From Dehalococcoidia bacterium (lineage in GTDB: Bacteria > Chloroflexota > Dehalococcoidia > Plut-88900): a DNA stretch of 64,000 nucleotides. The DNA lies in contig OZ240219.1 of the NCBI GenBank assembly GCA_965197645.1, forward strand, positions 2,208,001 through 2,272,000, read 5' to 3'. The notes beneath the pieces were generated by a model that was not told where the DNA came from, made no database searches, and worked only from the letters and a program-made list of their open reading frames with translations. Both the position numbers and the translations under genes were made by a program. Positions 40,779 through 50,896 of the stretch are shown here, piece by piece. Each line of letters starts with the position of its first letter. The first letter of the stretch is position 1.

Positions 40779-41031
40779 CCGGCCTGCGGCAATCGGCAAT
40801 GGCAGTCTGTAGCTAACATAAGTCGTTGGTTTGCCTTTTCGTCCGCAACCGTCGAGGACACGCCTGTTCCGAGCGGAGTCCGAGCGTCTAAGGGTGGGTT
40901 GCCGATGAAGCTCCAATACGTTACGCCTGTGGTAGACTTCACCAGAGTCAGCTCTACCAGGCCAAGAAGCTGTACAGAGCCATACGTTCGGCTTCAGCCC
41001 ATGCCTGTAGCAATCGGGAGCAGTGATCATC

Positions 41032-41664
41032 ATGGATGAAAAACCGCCCGAGTTTAGAAACATCTACACGGCGAAGGACAGCGAAGAACTGGCGGATATA
41101 TACTCAGAGATGGCCGACCACTACGATAGCTCTCTCCAGACCGGTTGGGGATGGACCATACCCGACTTCACCGCTGACGTTTTCGCCAGATACGTCGACC
41201 ACGGTTCCTGGATCCTGGACGCAGGAGCCGGCACCGGACTGGCAGGCGAGGCTCTCGTCAAGCGGGGCTACCGCAACATCATCGGCATCGACCTTACCGA
41301 GGCGATGCTGGCCCAAGCCCGAGCCAAGGACGTTTATCGTAAGCTGCACCTGATGGAGCTGGGAGAGCCTCTGGCGTTCCCGGTGGACCGTTTCGATGCG
41401 GTGATATCAGTGGGTGTGATGACCATGGGCCACGCCCCACCCAGGTCCCTCGATGAGCTGGTCAGGATCACTAAACCCGGCGGACACATCGTTTATACCC
41501 TGCGCCCCGATTGGTACCTGCTGGGCGGCTTCCGAGAAAAGCACATCGTGCTGGAGGCCGGCGGACAATGGGAGTTTCTAGAGCGTACCGAACCCTTCGT
41601 AACCAGGCCCCAGGAGGGACCCGACGTCGTCTTCGAGGTCTGGGTATTTCAGGTGCTGGACTAG
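41032..41664 (+). CDS. class I SAM-dependent methyltransferase
   Basis: ILDAGAGTG, GIDL, KPGG. Confidence 0.88.
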   Translation: MDEKPPEFRNIYTAKDSEELADIYSEMADHYDSSLQTGWGWTIPDFTADVFARYVDHGSWILDAGAGTGLAGEALVKRGYRNIIGIDLTEAMLAQARAKDVYRKLHLMELGEPLAFPVDRFDAVISVGVMTMGHAPPRSLDELVRITKPGGHIVYTLRPDWYLLGGFREKHIVLEAGGQWEFLERTEPFVTRPQEGPDVVFEVWVFQVLD

Positions 41665-41668
41665 GCAT

Positions 41669-42316
41669 ATGCAAGAGACCCGTCAGTCCAAACGAGCCAA
41701 GAAGCGGTACAGGTCCAATGCTCCCCGCTATGATAGCTACATGTCCGGCGCGCAAGATTTGCGCGTGTCGACCGTCGAGCGATTGGCCCTGAGTCCCGGA
41801 GACACGGTGCTGGACCTTGGTTGCGGCACCGGTCTGAGCTTTCAGTTTCTGCAGGATGCGGTAACATCCGAAGGGCGGATCATCGGTGTGGACGTCAGCT
41901 CGGACATGCTCAGCCAGGCACAAGCTAGAATCGAAGACCACGGATGGCGCAACGTCACCCTCATCGAAGGAAACGCCAGCACCATCGAGGTCCCGGGACC
42001 GGTGGATGGCGTACTCTGCTACTTCACCCATGACATCATGAACTCCAGGCCCGCCGTTGAGCGCGCTCTGTCGACGCTCAAGGATGGCGGCAGGTACGTG
42101 GCTGTCGGAATCAAAAAGGTGAAGGGCCTGCGGGGGATACCCAAGAACATTAGGGCCTATATGAACTCGGGCCGATTCATCACAACCAAGGTCTTCGCCA
42201 CCCTGTTCTGGGGGACCGCCGTGCCCTGGGCAAATCTGGATGAGCTGATGGGACCCCTGGAGTTCGAGGAGATCCGAGGCGGCACCGACTACATCGCTTG
42301 TGCAGTAAAGCATTAG
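41669..42316 (+). CDS. class I SAM-dependent methyltransferase
   Basis: VLDLGCGTG, GVDVS..ML, LKDGG. Confidence 0.88.
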   Translation: MQETRQSKRAKKRYRSNAPRYDSYMSGAQDLRVSTVERLALSPGDTVLDLGCGTGLSFQFLQDAVTSEGRIIGVDVSSDMLSQAQARIEDHGWRNVTLIEGNASTIEVPGPVDGVLCYFTHDIMNSRPAVERALSTLKDGGRYVAVGIKKVKGLRGIPKNIRAYMNSGRFITTKVFATLFWGTAVPWANLDELMGPLEFEEIRGGTDYIACAVKH

Positions 42317-42389
42317 GCTTGTGCGGTAAAGAGTTAATGGTATAGTTTCCTGTGAGTAGAGTGCTCCTCCTAGTAAGCAGAGGTGGACC

Positions 42390-43550
42390 ATGAAGAACGG
42401 CTTCAAGGTGCTGGACAGCGATATACACGTTACCGAGCCCGATACTCTGTGGGCCGACTACATGGAGGCCGACTTCAAGGACAGCGCTCCGGTCAGAGTG
42501 GTTGACGAAGGCTCTTGGTCGGCAGGCATGTGGAGATCGGATGGAAAGCTTCTGCCGGCCTACATGGACGTAGCGGAACGCAGCAGGACCATGCGGGTGC
42601 GGGAGGAGATCTCCGCGGAGCGGTACGTCCAGTCCGGTCGGCAATTGGTCAGTGGCGCCGAGTCCGATCAGGATGAGGGGACCCGTCCCGAGCACATGCT
42701 GGAGGCCATGGGGGTGGAGGGGGTAGACGTAGCGGTGGTCTTCCGTACCATGGGCGCCCACGTCATCGGGATCGACGAGATGGACCCCAACCTTTCAGCC
42801 GCCATCTGTCGGGGCTACAACGACTGGCTCTACGATTTCTGCGCCGCGCAGCCATCCGCTCTGAAGGTAGGCGCCCTCATGCCGATGCAGGACGTGGACC
42901 TGGCTGTCCACGAGGCCAACAGGGCCGTTGACAAGCTGGGGGCGGTCACCTTGATACTGCCCAGCAATCCGGTTTGCGAGCGGCCCTGGTACTCGGAATA
43001 CTACCACCCCTTCTGGGCCGCAGCTGAGAGCCTGGGAGTCCCCGTCTCCTTTCACGGCATCCAGATGGCCTATCAGGACCATCTGGCCCGAAGGTACATG
43101 GACAATCACGTCCTTGGACACTCGGTGGCGCACCCGGTCGAGATGATCTGCACCGCCGGCGCCATGGTGAGCGGAGGCATATTCGAGCGGTTCCCCACCC
43201 TCAAGACCGCCTTCCTGGAGGGCCACTCCAGCTGGGTCCCCTGGTGGCTCTACTGCCTGGACGAGCACGAGGAGAAGATGGGCGACAAGGAGCGGTTCGG
43301 GCTGGTCCTCTCACCCAGTGAGTACTTTCTGCGCCAGTGCTTCGTCTCGGTAGACCCTGACGAGGCCCTCGTCAAGTACACCATCGATGCCATCGGCGAC
43401 GACAACCTGGTCATCTCCACCGACTGGCCCCACGACGACTCCGCCTATCCCAACGCCATCGATACCTTCCTGGGCTTGGAGGGAGTATCACAGGCCAGCC
43501 AGCAGAAGGTGCTCTGGGACAACTGCGCCAGGCTTTACGATATCGACTAG
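42390..43550 (+). CDS. amidohydrolase 2 family protein
   Basis: DSDIH..EP, YNDWL, FHG, LEG...W, STDWPH. Confidence 0.88.
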   Translation: MKNGFKVLDSDIHVTEPDTLWADYMEADFKDSAPVRVVDEGSWSAGMWRSDGKLLPAYMDVAERSRTMRVREEISAERYVQSGRQLVSGAESDQDEGTRPEHMLEAMGVEGVDVAVVFRTMGAHVIGIDEMDPNLSAAICRGYNDWLYDFCAAQPSALKVGALMPMQDVDLAVHEANRAVDKLGAVTLILPSNPVCERPWYSEYYHPFWAAAESLGVPVSFHGIQMAYQDHLARRYMDNHVLGHSVAHPVEMICTAGAMVSGGIFERFPTLKTAFLEGHSSWVPWWLYCLDEHEEKMGDKERFGLVLSPSEYFLRQCFVSVDPDEALVKYTIDAIGDDNLVISTDWPHDDSAYPNAIDTFLGLEGVSQASQQKVLWDNCARLYDID

Positions 43551-43576
43551 GCGTCCCTGCGGAAAGTTAACATAAC

Positions 43577-45241
43577 TTACGCCCGGTCTTTGATGAGGGC
43601 GGTCACGGGCCCACCGGCGTCTCCGTACATCACCATGCTCTTGCCCGCCGGGCCGCCCACCACGACCACGTCGTAGAAGCTGGAGTTCTCTACGACGCGT
43701 AGATAGACATCCTCCAGCTCCGAGTCGGACCTTTCCAACAGCCACCGCCACTCGGGACGGAACACCTCTGGGGTCTTGCGGCCCCAGCTCAATGCCAGTC
43801 GAGCGTTGACCTTCGAGTAATGGTGGACGTACTCCCGGACCGATCGCTTGGTCCAGCCGGCCTGCCCGCAGATGTTGGCGTGCTCAGGACACATGGCCAA
43901 GAGAAGCCGGTCGGTGGCCTCTTCGACGTCGAAGTAGTTGATCACGTACCTGGCGGCGTGGTTGGAGCAGGTAACGGCGAAGCTGTCGAGCACCCTTTCC
44001 GGCTCCCAGTTGGTCAGGTCGTCCACGTCCTCCTCGCCCAGGGTGTCGAAGAGAGTGACGGTGCTCTGGTCGTTATCGTATCCCCGGTCCACGTGATATC
44101 CGTTCCAGGGACTTTCCTCATCGTTTTCTGCGAAGCAGAGGCTGAACTTCCTGGACGAACCGATGGTGTCCATGTCCATCCGGCCCGGATAGGCGTTGCC
44201 GACGTTCATCAGTACCAGCCGGAACGCTCTGCCCAGGACCACGTTGTGGCGGGAAGGGGCGCCAGGGCCCATGGCGCACCGGCCCGAGTTCATGCCGATC
44301 TCCCTGGCTATGGGACCGTTCACCATCATCAACGGTGCGTTGGCGCTGGTAGACATCGTCAGCGCTCTGGCCGGCGTGCCGAACCGGGGTAGTGCTTCAC
44401 AGGCCGCCATCAGCACCGGCAGGTGGATGGGCTCGCAGCCCGCCATCACGGCGTTGATGGCTATCTTCTCGACCGTGGCGTATCTCATGCCTGGCGGCAG
44501 AATCGAGACCACGTCCTGGGGGTCCCTGGTAGTGCCTCCCAGCATCGCGTTCACCTTCTCGGGGGTGGGCGGAATGATGGGAAAACCGTCGCCCCACTCC
44601 TTCTCGATGAAGAGCCTGTTCAGGGACTCGAAGGCATCGTACCTGTCTTCTCCATGAACGGTCAGAGACTCGGCGGCATGCGCATCGGCGATGGCAGCGC
44701 CATTGGCCCCGTTGATATCGGTTGTCAGGACCTCGACTATCTGGTCGAAGGAGTTGGTCACGTGTTCCTCGATGCGCTCGGGACTGAGGCCGGTCAGCAC
44801 CTCGGGGACCAGGGCATAGCGGAACTGGGGGAACCCGAAGGCCCGGGCGCTGACCATAGCGTCCCGCGCAAAACCCTCGGAGACGATGCTGACGGTGGGC
44901 TTGCCGGCCTTCTCCACCTGGACCATGTCGTGGACAAGCCACGACGTGCAGGAGCCTCAGTCCCCGGTTGAGCCGACGATCACGTCGCTCTCGGCTATGG
45001 CCTGCTTGAGAAGGTCCTCCCGACAGGGCTGGCTGCCTTCGTACCGTCGCACTGTGACGCCGCTATACCGATTGGAGATCAGCTCCCCCGCTTTGTCCAG
45101 GGCCTCCAGACCTCCTCGCTTGGCGTTCCACACAAGCCCGACGTTCAGCCCGTCCAGAGAGTTGGGCCGATGCGCCGGATGGCTGATCTCGTGGTCTCCC
45201 TGGGCGTCCGCCACCGGATGCAGTATCTCCATGGTATACAT
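43577..45241 (-). CDS. UGSC-family selenoprotein fused to a large unknown domain (Sec at TGA 44959-44957)
   Basis: ORFs 44957-45262 and 43577-44926 share a frame; read-through gives GSTGD-U-GSCTSWLVHDMVQVEKAGKPT. GGGGGA RBS before ATG 45241; no RBS before ATG 44926. Confidence 0.85.
44927..44945 (-). promoter_or_regulatory. candidate bacterial SECIS hairpin
   Basis: GUCGUGG-CUUGU-CCACGAC: perfect 7-bp stem starting 11 nt after the UGA. Confidence 0.6.
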
Positions 45242-45444
45242 GATTCCCCCTCCCCGATTCATGAGAAAGTTACGAGAAGTGTAGCGAAATGCACCCGGCA
45301 GGGCAACGACGAGCCCGCCAGGCCCCTTGGGCGAGAGCCGCGTCGGTGGAACACACCCGTGGGGATATCCACGCGTCTATCGATGCCTTCTAGGAGTCGC
45401 TCGAAGGGGTGCGACGGAGAGGCCGGCCGTTGTGGGGAAGGAGC

Positions 45445-46200
45445 TTAGGGAACGTCCATCTTGCGCAGCCGCCGCACCGACAGAAGGAAGAACACCAACG
45501 TGACCGCTATGGCGCCTGCCATCGCTGCGGGGAACTCGATCACACGGCTTTCCAGGCTTCCGAAGTTGACGTCGTCTATGCCGTGCATGATCCCTAGGAC
45601 GTAGCCCCGAACGCTCAGGTATCTAACTCCCCCTAGGAAGCTGCTTATCAGCCCTTCCCATAGGAAGACATAGACCAGTCCGAAAGCCAGTGCGCGGGTG
45701 GTGACCAGGCCCGTCCACGTGAAGATGGCAGCATAGGTGACGACGCCGGCCAGCAGGGCCACGCCGACCGCCAATACGGCCCTGACACCGTTGTCCAGCT
45801 CCAACAGGGCCACTCCCAGCGCGCTGGTGCCTATAATCATTGTCGCTATGCCGCTGGCCACTAGAATCGGTCCGGATATCGAGATGGGCGCCAGCAGTTT
45901 TGGCAGTACGATGCGCGATCGGGCCACCGGCTTCAACACCAGGTAGCTCAAGGTCCGGTCCTCCAATTCGTTGCCGAAGGTTGCCGACGCCAGCACCATG
46001 GTCACTATGGGCAGTATCCCCCCGATCAACAGGCCATCGAGCATACTGTTGGTGAAGTCCCTGTTAGACGGATCGTCTTGGCCCACTGTGAAGGAGATCA
46101 GGGCGGCCAGGCCTACAGGGACCAGGGCCAGAAGGGATATAAGCAGAAGCCGTCGTCCACTTGCCAGCTGGCGCAGGGAGAGGCGGAACGTCGGTCCCAT
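45445..46200 (-). CDS. ABC-2 type transporter permease
   Basis: About 6 TM segments; E.EDRTL.YL..KP. Confidence 0.85.
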   Translation of the reverse strand: MGPTFRLSLRQLASGRRLLLISLLALVPVGLAALISFTVGQDDPSNRDFTNSMLDGLLIGGILPIVTMVLASATFGNELEDRTLSYLVLKPVARSRIVLPKLLAPISISGPILVASGIATMIIGTSALGVALLELDNGVRAVLAVGVALLAGVVTYAAIFTWTGLVTTRALAFGLVYVFLWEGLISSFLGGVRYLSVRGYVLGIMHGIDDVNFGSLESRVIEFPAAMAGAIAVTLVFFLLSVRRLRKMDVP

Positions 46201-47145
46201 CTATCCTTCCACCAGGTAGCTGAACACGCTCTCCAACGATTCGTCCAGCGGCTCTACCCGCATCAGGCGTATCCCCATCTCTTTCGCCAGTTTGGGAATC
46301 GACCTCTGCAGGACCAGGATCTTGCGACTCAGGACCATAATCGACTCATCGGAGCCCACCGCAACCGAGTCCACGTCAGGCAGTTTGACCACAGCCGCCG
46401 CCATAGACCTGGGGTCATCGGTGACTATGCGCACCTTGTACGGTTGTTGGTCCAGCTTGGATCGGATGGCGTGGTAGTCTCCCGCCGCGGCCAGCTTGCC
46501 GGTAACCATCAGCAGAATGCTGTCGGCCAGGGTCTCTATCTCCTCCAAGATGTGGGAAGAGATCAGTATGGTCCGCCCTTCGTTGCCCAGTTGGCGCATC
46601 AGGTCCTGAAACTCGATGCGCTGGCGAGGGTCCGTGCCGTTTAGGGGTTCGTCCAGAATCAGGACTTCGGGATCGTGGACCAGGGTCGCGGCCAGCCGTA
46701 TCCGCTGCCGCATGCCTCGTGAGTAGGTTGAAATAGGCCTGTTCTGAGCGTCCTGAAGCCCCACTATTTTGATCGCCCGATCCACCGCCGGCGACAGAGG
46801 GTCAAGACCGTAAAGCCGGCCTGTGTGCGCTACAAACTCCCGGCCCGTGAAGAACTCGTAGGCCGCCTCGTGCTCCGACATTACGCCTACTCGCCGGTAC
46901 AGGTCCGGGTTGTCCCGCACAGGCTCTCCCAGCACCTTCACCTCTCCCTCCGATGGGTGGGCCAGACCCGTGATCACGTGTAGAAGGGTGGTCTTTCCCG
47001 CGCCGTTGGGGCCCAGCAGTCCCGTAACGCCCGGCCCCACCCGGGCCGACACGCTGTTGACGGCAACCACGTTGCCAAACCACTTCGAGACGCCCTGAAT
47101 GTCAATGGTCGGTTCGGTACGGATGGTCATTTCGGGGGACGTCAA
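46201..47145 (-). CDS. ABC transporter ATP-binding protein
   Basis: GPNGAGKT, YSRGMRQR, LDEP, SSH; probable TTG start at 47145 (AGGAGG RBS) overlapping the upstream stop. Confidence 0.88.
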   Translation of the reverse strand: MTSPEMTIRTEPTIDIQGVSKWFGNVVAVNSVSARVGPGVTGLLGPNGAGKTTLLHVITGLAHPSEGEVKVLGEPVRDNPDLYRRVGVMSEHEAAYEFFTGREFVAHTGRLYGLDPLSPAVDRAIKIVGLQDAQNRPISTYSRGMRQRIRLAATLVHDPEVLILDEPLNGTDPRQRIEFQDLMRQLGNEGRTILISSHILEEIETLADSILLMVTGKLAAAGDYHAIRSKLDQQPYKVRIVTDDPRSMAAAVVKLPDVDSVAVGSDESIMVLSRKILVLQRSIPKLAKEMGIRLMRVEPLDESLESVFSYLVEG

Positions 47146-48077
47146 GCCAGAATCCTCCTGTAGCGCCACCACAGCACCAGGGCGGGGCCGACGGTGAGCA
47201 GGGCGTACCACCCGATCCGGATGCCGGCGTTCAACTCTCTACCGAGCGTTACCGTGGGCGGCTCGTTGCTCTCTTCGAAGATCAGGCTGTTGACCTGAGC
47301 CGGGACCTGGGCAAGGTCTATCAACGCGAACCACTTGGAGAACTCGCCAGCCGGCCCTTCACACTCCACCGTGGTCCCGGCTGAGGTGGTACGTTCAATT
47401 TCGACGCAATCCGTGAACGCTCCGGCGATCGGGACCGAAATGATGAACAGCGCTATGACGAAGGCGGCGGCATATGCCCTGCGAGTGGTGAAAGCGGACA
47501 CCGCCAGCGGTACCGTGGTAATGAAGGCGGTCACCAGAACTCCAGCCCCCAGAAAGCGGGGGATGTCCAGCCAGTTGTCTTGAAAATGCTGCAGCGGGTC
47601 TTCGGCGGCCAGGACCAGGCCGACCAGCAACACTATCTGGCCTATGTACACCAGCGCCAGGACGGCGCAGAAGAAGGCCAGCCACCTGCTGGCGACGTAA
47701 TCGGTGATAGTGAGCGGCCGCACGAGGTACAGGTTGATCACCCGGTCCCTTCTATCGGCGCACAACAGCTCGGGCGCTATGATCGCGGCGAACAGGATCA
47801 GCACCACCGATACCATGTTGTAGTATCCAGCGTGCCCCAGCAGGTCCTGTTCATCCGTACCGGCCAGAGACGCGATGATGCTCAAGACTACGGCTGGAGT
47901 TATAACTGCGATGAGCAGAAGTACCGGCATGACCTTGGAGGGCCATCCCCGGCCCAGACCCAGGGCCATGCGAATGCCGCTTATCCAGATAGCCTTCCGG
48001 GCCTCCATGCGGCCCGCCCGCGGCCCCGAGTAGCTCTGGTACCCGAGGTCGAATACCTCTCCCTGGTAATCGTTCAT
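47142..48077 (-). CDS. ABC-2 type transporter permease
   Basis: Multiple TM segments; DRRD..I.LY.VRP. Confidence 0.85.
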   Translation of the reverse strand: MNDYQGEVFDLGYQSYSGPRAGRMEARKAIWISGIRMALGLGRGWPSKVMPVLLLIAVITPAVVLSIIASLAGTDEQDLLGHAGYYNMVSVVLILFAAIIAPELLCADRRDRVINLYLVRPLTITDYVASRWLAFFCAVLALVYIGQIVLLVGLVLAAEDPLQHFQDNWLDIPRFLGAGVLVTAFITTVPLAVSAFTTRRAYAAAFVIALFIISVPIAGAFTDCVEIERTTSAGTTVECEGPAGEFSKWFALIDLAQVPAQVNSLIFEESNEPPTVTLGRELNAGIRIGWYALLTVGPALVLWWRYRRILA

Positions 48078-48976
48078 GGGGTGGTCTTCCGGAAGATGTC
48101 CGTCAGCACGTGACGGCCGGGGGCCATCCTGCGCAGTGGCGCGTCTGCTTCTACCAATGCGTCTCGAATCGCATCGTACTGTTCGCCCTCTTCCCAGGTC
48201 ACCATCAGCGATGACCCTTCCAAGGTCGCTTCGATGCCCCGTTTAGCCAGCTCTTCCACCAGCTTGTCCCGGTTCTCGGTGACGTCTATGAAAAGGGTCT
48301 GCGTCTCCTGGGTAAAGCCGGAGACCGCCCCCTCCTCCATGACGTGGCCCCCCTCCAAGACTACGATCCGTTCGCAGACGCTCTCGACGTCTCCCATCAG
48401 ATGAGATGAGAGAAGGATGCTGATCCCGAAATCTCTGCCGATCCGGTAAATCAACGCCAGCATCTCCTCTCGTCCTCCGGGATCGAGGCCGGCGGTCGGT
48501 TCGTCCAGCAGTACCAGGACGGGATCGTGGACCAGGGCTTGGGCTAGCTTGACCCGTTGCTTCATGCCGGTGGAGTACTCGCCGATAGAACGATAGCGCT
48601 CTTCGGCGAGGCCCACGTGCCGCAGGATGTCGGCCGCTCGAGTTCGTGCATTTTTGGCCGGCAGCCCGCTCACCTGGGCCATGTGGGTGAGGAACTCTGA
48701 GGATGTCACCGACGTGGGCAGGCAGTCGTGCTCCGGCATGTAGCCCAGCCTCTCCCTGCTCTCCACCAGCTCGTAGGGCTTTTGTCCCATCACTTCGACC
48801 GAGCCGGCCGTCGGCTCCAGCAGTCCCAGGAAGAGTTTGATCGCCGTGCTCTTGCCCGCCCCGTTGGGGCCCAGCAGGCCCGTGGTCCCATCATCGACCT
48901 GAAAATCTACCGATTCCAGGGCGATGGTGGCGCCGTAGCGTTTGGTCAACTCTTTTGCTTGCAGTAGAGGCGGCAT
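48074..48976 (-). CDS. ABC transporter ATP-binding protein
   Basis: GPNGAGKS, YSTGMKQR, LDEPTAGLD, SSH; start uncertain (48976-49000). Confidence 0.88.
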   Translation of the reverse strand: MPPLLQAKELTKRYGATIALESVDFQVDDGTTGLLGPNGAGKSTAIKLFLGLLEPTAGSVEVMGQKPYELVESRERLGYMPEHDCLPTSVTSSEFLTHMAQVSGLPAKNARTRAADILRHVGLAEERYRSIGEYSTGMKQRVKLAQALVHDPVLVLLDEPTAGLDPGGREEMLALIYRIGRDFGISILLSSHLMGDVESVCERIVVLEGGHVMEEGAVSGFTQETQTLFIDVTENRDKLVEELAKRGIEATLEGSSLMVTWEEGEQYDAIRDALVEADAPLRRMAPGRHVLTDIFRKTTP

Positions 48977-49050
48977 CGTCCGAGTATCCACTCCCTTCAC
49001 TGAGCTATGCGTACTATAACACCTGAGAGGCCGGAACTGGATGGGAAGCT

Positions 49051-49246
49051 CTAACAGGGTGTCGAAAAACCCTTTCGACCATCCCCCTAGCCCCCTTCCT
49101 GGCTAGGAAGGGGGAACAAAAGAAGTTTCTGAGGGACACCCCTTCGGCTGGCTCAGGGCAGGCTCTCAGACTCCCGGCCCCCAGCAGGCAGTCACAGAAA
49201 AAGTGCTTCGCCCCTCTGTACACACCATGGTCCATCAGTCTGTTGG
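49051..49246. mobile_element. MITE-like dispersed element, copy 2
   Basis: Colinear with 23265-23454; imperfect terminal inverted repeats ctaacagggtg...catcagtctgttgg; internal hairpin cccccttcctggctaggaagggggg-like. Confidence 0.65.
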
Positions 49247-49258
49247 ACGGACGAGGGC

Positions 49259-50848
49259 TTACGGGTCTATGAGGACGCCGGGGTTCATCACCCCGTTGGG
49301 GTCCACAGCCTTCTTGGCCGCTCTCAACGCTTGGGCGAAAGGTTCCGGGCGCTGGATGTCGTACCAAGGCCGATGTTGCCTACCGACGGCGTGGTGATGG
49401 GTGATGGTGCCTCCCGCCTTCATGATAGCGTCGGATGCGGCCTTCTTCACCGCGTCGGCGTGCTCGTTGTCCAGGCCGGGCAGCGCTCCGCTGAAGGTGT
49501 AGTAGGGTGCCGGTCCGTCCACGTAAACGTGGGTGAACCTGCAGTTCAACGTGCCTCCACCGCACACATCGTCCAGTGCCTTCTGCAACGCCTCCCGGAC
49601 ATGGTAATCGAAGTCGGGCCACCGGTCCCAGGTTATCGATGTCTCGACGGTATCCTGGACCAGGCCCAGTCCGGCGGAGAGGTCTCCGCCCTGGGGAATG
49701 AATGCGTTGCGCCAGGCCCCCACCGCCCCCGAGCGACCCGTCGGTTGACCCTGCCCCGAGTACAGTACCTCATCGTCGTCGATCATTCCTCCGACGCCCC
49801 GCGCTATCTCGATGGCCGATTGCATGGGCCATTCCTGGGGCAGCTCCGCCGATTCAAACCCGATGATCAGCAGCGCCTCTTTTCCGTCCATGTCGGCGGT
49901 CTCCTGGCACAGCACCGGGTCCAACAGGCGCAGGTTGGCCGGCCACAGCTTGGCTTGGACTATCTGCCTGGTGGCCTCGTACCCCGCCTCCCAGGATGGG
50001 AATCTGACCCCGGCCGTGGCTCGGTGCACCGGGCGGGCCTGGATGCGCATCCAGGCCTCGGTTATGACGCCCAGGATTCCCTCGCTGCCGATTACCATCC
50101 GGTCCGGGCTGGGGCCGGCGCCGCTGCCCGGCAATCGCCTGGACTCCCACCATCCGGTAGGCGTCAGCATCCTCACCGACTCCACGAAATCGTCTATGTG
50201 GGTGTCCTTGGTGGCGTAGTGGCCGCCGGAGCGGGTGGCTATCCAGCCGCCGAGGGTAGATCCGGTGAAGCTTTGAGGGAAGTGTCGAAGGGTGTGCCCG
50301 CTGGGTTTCAGCTGGGCCTCCAGGGCCGGGCCGAAGGCGCCGGCCTGAATTCGGGCAGCGCGAGATATCTCGTCGATCTCCAGCACCTGGTCGAACGCGT
50401 CCATATCGATGGTGACTGCCGCTTCACACCCGTCAGGCGGGGTAAACCCTTCCACCGATGAGGATCCGCCTCCGTAGGGGATGGTCACATAGCCGTTGCC
50501 GGACGTCCAATCGAGCAGCCTTTCCAGCTCCTCTTCGTTGGTGGGGTGTGCGACTATGTCCGGCGGATTGGGGAACTCGCCCCTGAAGGCCATCAGGTGG
50601 TTATTGTGGGCGTGAAGCGCCCGCTCGTAATCGTCGGTGAAGCAGATATCGGCCAGAGAATCGGGCGGCTTGATCCTGGGAGGTTGGAGACCTAGAGAAT
50701 CGACGTCCGGTTTCGCTGGGACTTCAACGCTCCGTCCTATGCGCCTTGAGAGCTTTTCGGCGAACCCGTTCCGCTGCTCCTCCGTCGGTTCTTCGGACTC
50801 CAGGCCGAACATCCACAGGCTACGTCGAGGCTTGCTGGTGACTACCAT
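49259..50848 (-). CDS. FAD-binding oxidoreductase, alkyl-DHAP synthase-like (VAO/PCMH family)
   Basis: PYGGGSS, HFPQSF..STLGGWIATR.GG, GSEGILG, HHHAVG, DPNGVMNPG. Confidence 0.88.
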   Translation of the reverse strand: MVVTSKPRRSLWMFGLESEEPTEEQRNGFAEKLSRRIGRSVEVPAKPDVDSLGLQPPRIKPPDSLADICFTDDYERALHAHNNHLMAFRGEFPNPPDIVAHPTNEEELERLLDWTSGNGYVTIPYGGGSSSVEGFTPPDGCEAAVTIDMDAFDQVLEIDEISRAARIQAGAFGPALEAQLKPSGHTLRHFPQSFTGSTLGGWIATRSGGHYATKDTHIDDFVESVRMLTPTGWWESRRLPGSGAGPSPDRMVIGSEGILGVITEAWMRIQARPVHRATAGVRFPSWEAGYEATRQIVQAKLWPANLRLLDPVLCQETADMDGKEALLIIGFESAELPQEWPMQSAIEIARGVGGMIDDDEVLYSGQGQPTGRSGAVGAWRNAFIPQGGDLSAGLGLVQDTVETSITWDRWPDFDYHVREALQKALDDVCGGGTLNCRFTHVYVDGPAPYYTFSGALPGLDNEHADAVKKAASDAIMKAGGTITHHHAVGRQHRPWYDIQRPEPFAQALRAAKKAVDPNGVMNPGVLIDP

Positions 50849-50854
50849 GATATC

Positions 50855-50896
50855 CCTTTACCTCTCAGGGGCATGCCTTTACCTCTCTGGCGCCGG
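50855..50896. repeat. 21-bp imperfect tandem duplication spanning a stop codon and RBS-like sequence
   Basis: cctttacctctcaggggcatg / cctttacctctctggcgccgg. Confidence 0.6.

Noticed and set aside
40906-41040. Short ORF MKLQYVTPVVDF... upstream of two methyltransferases, with a YxxP leader-like start
   Set aside because: Weak RBS, no RiPP maturases (RRE, peptidase, cyclase) nearby, and it overlaps the methyltransferase start; not supportable as a precursor peptide.
49014-49367. 117-aa ORF containing LRACPEPAEG
   Set aside because: It is a translation through the MITE-like repeat and overlaps the end of a real gene.
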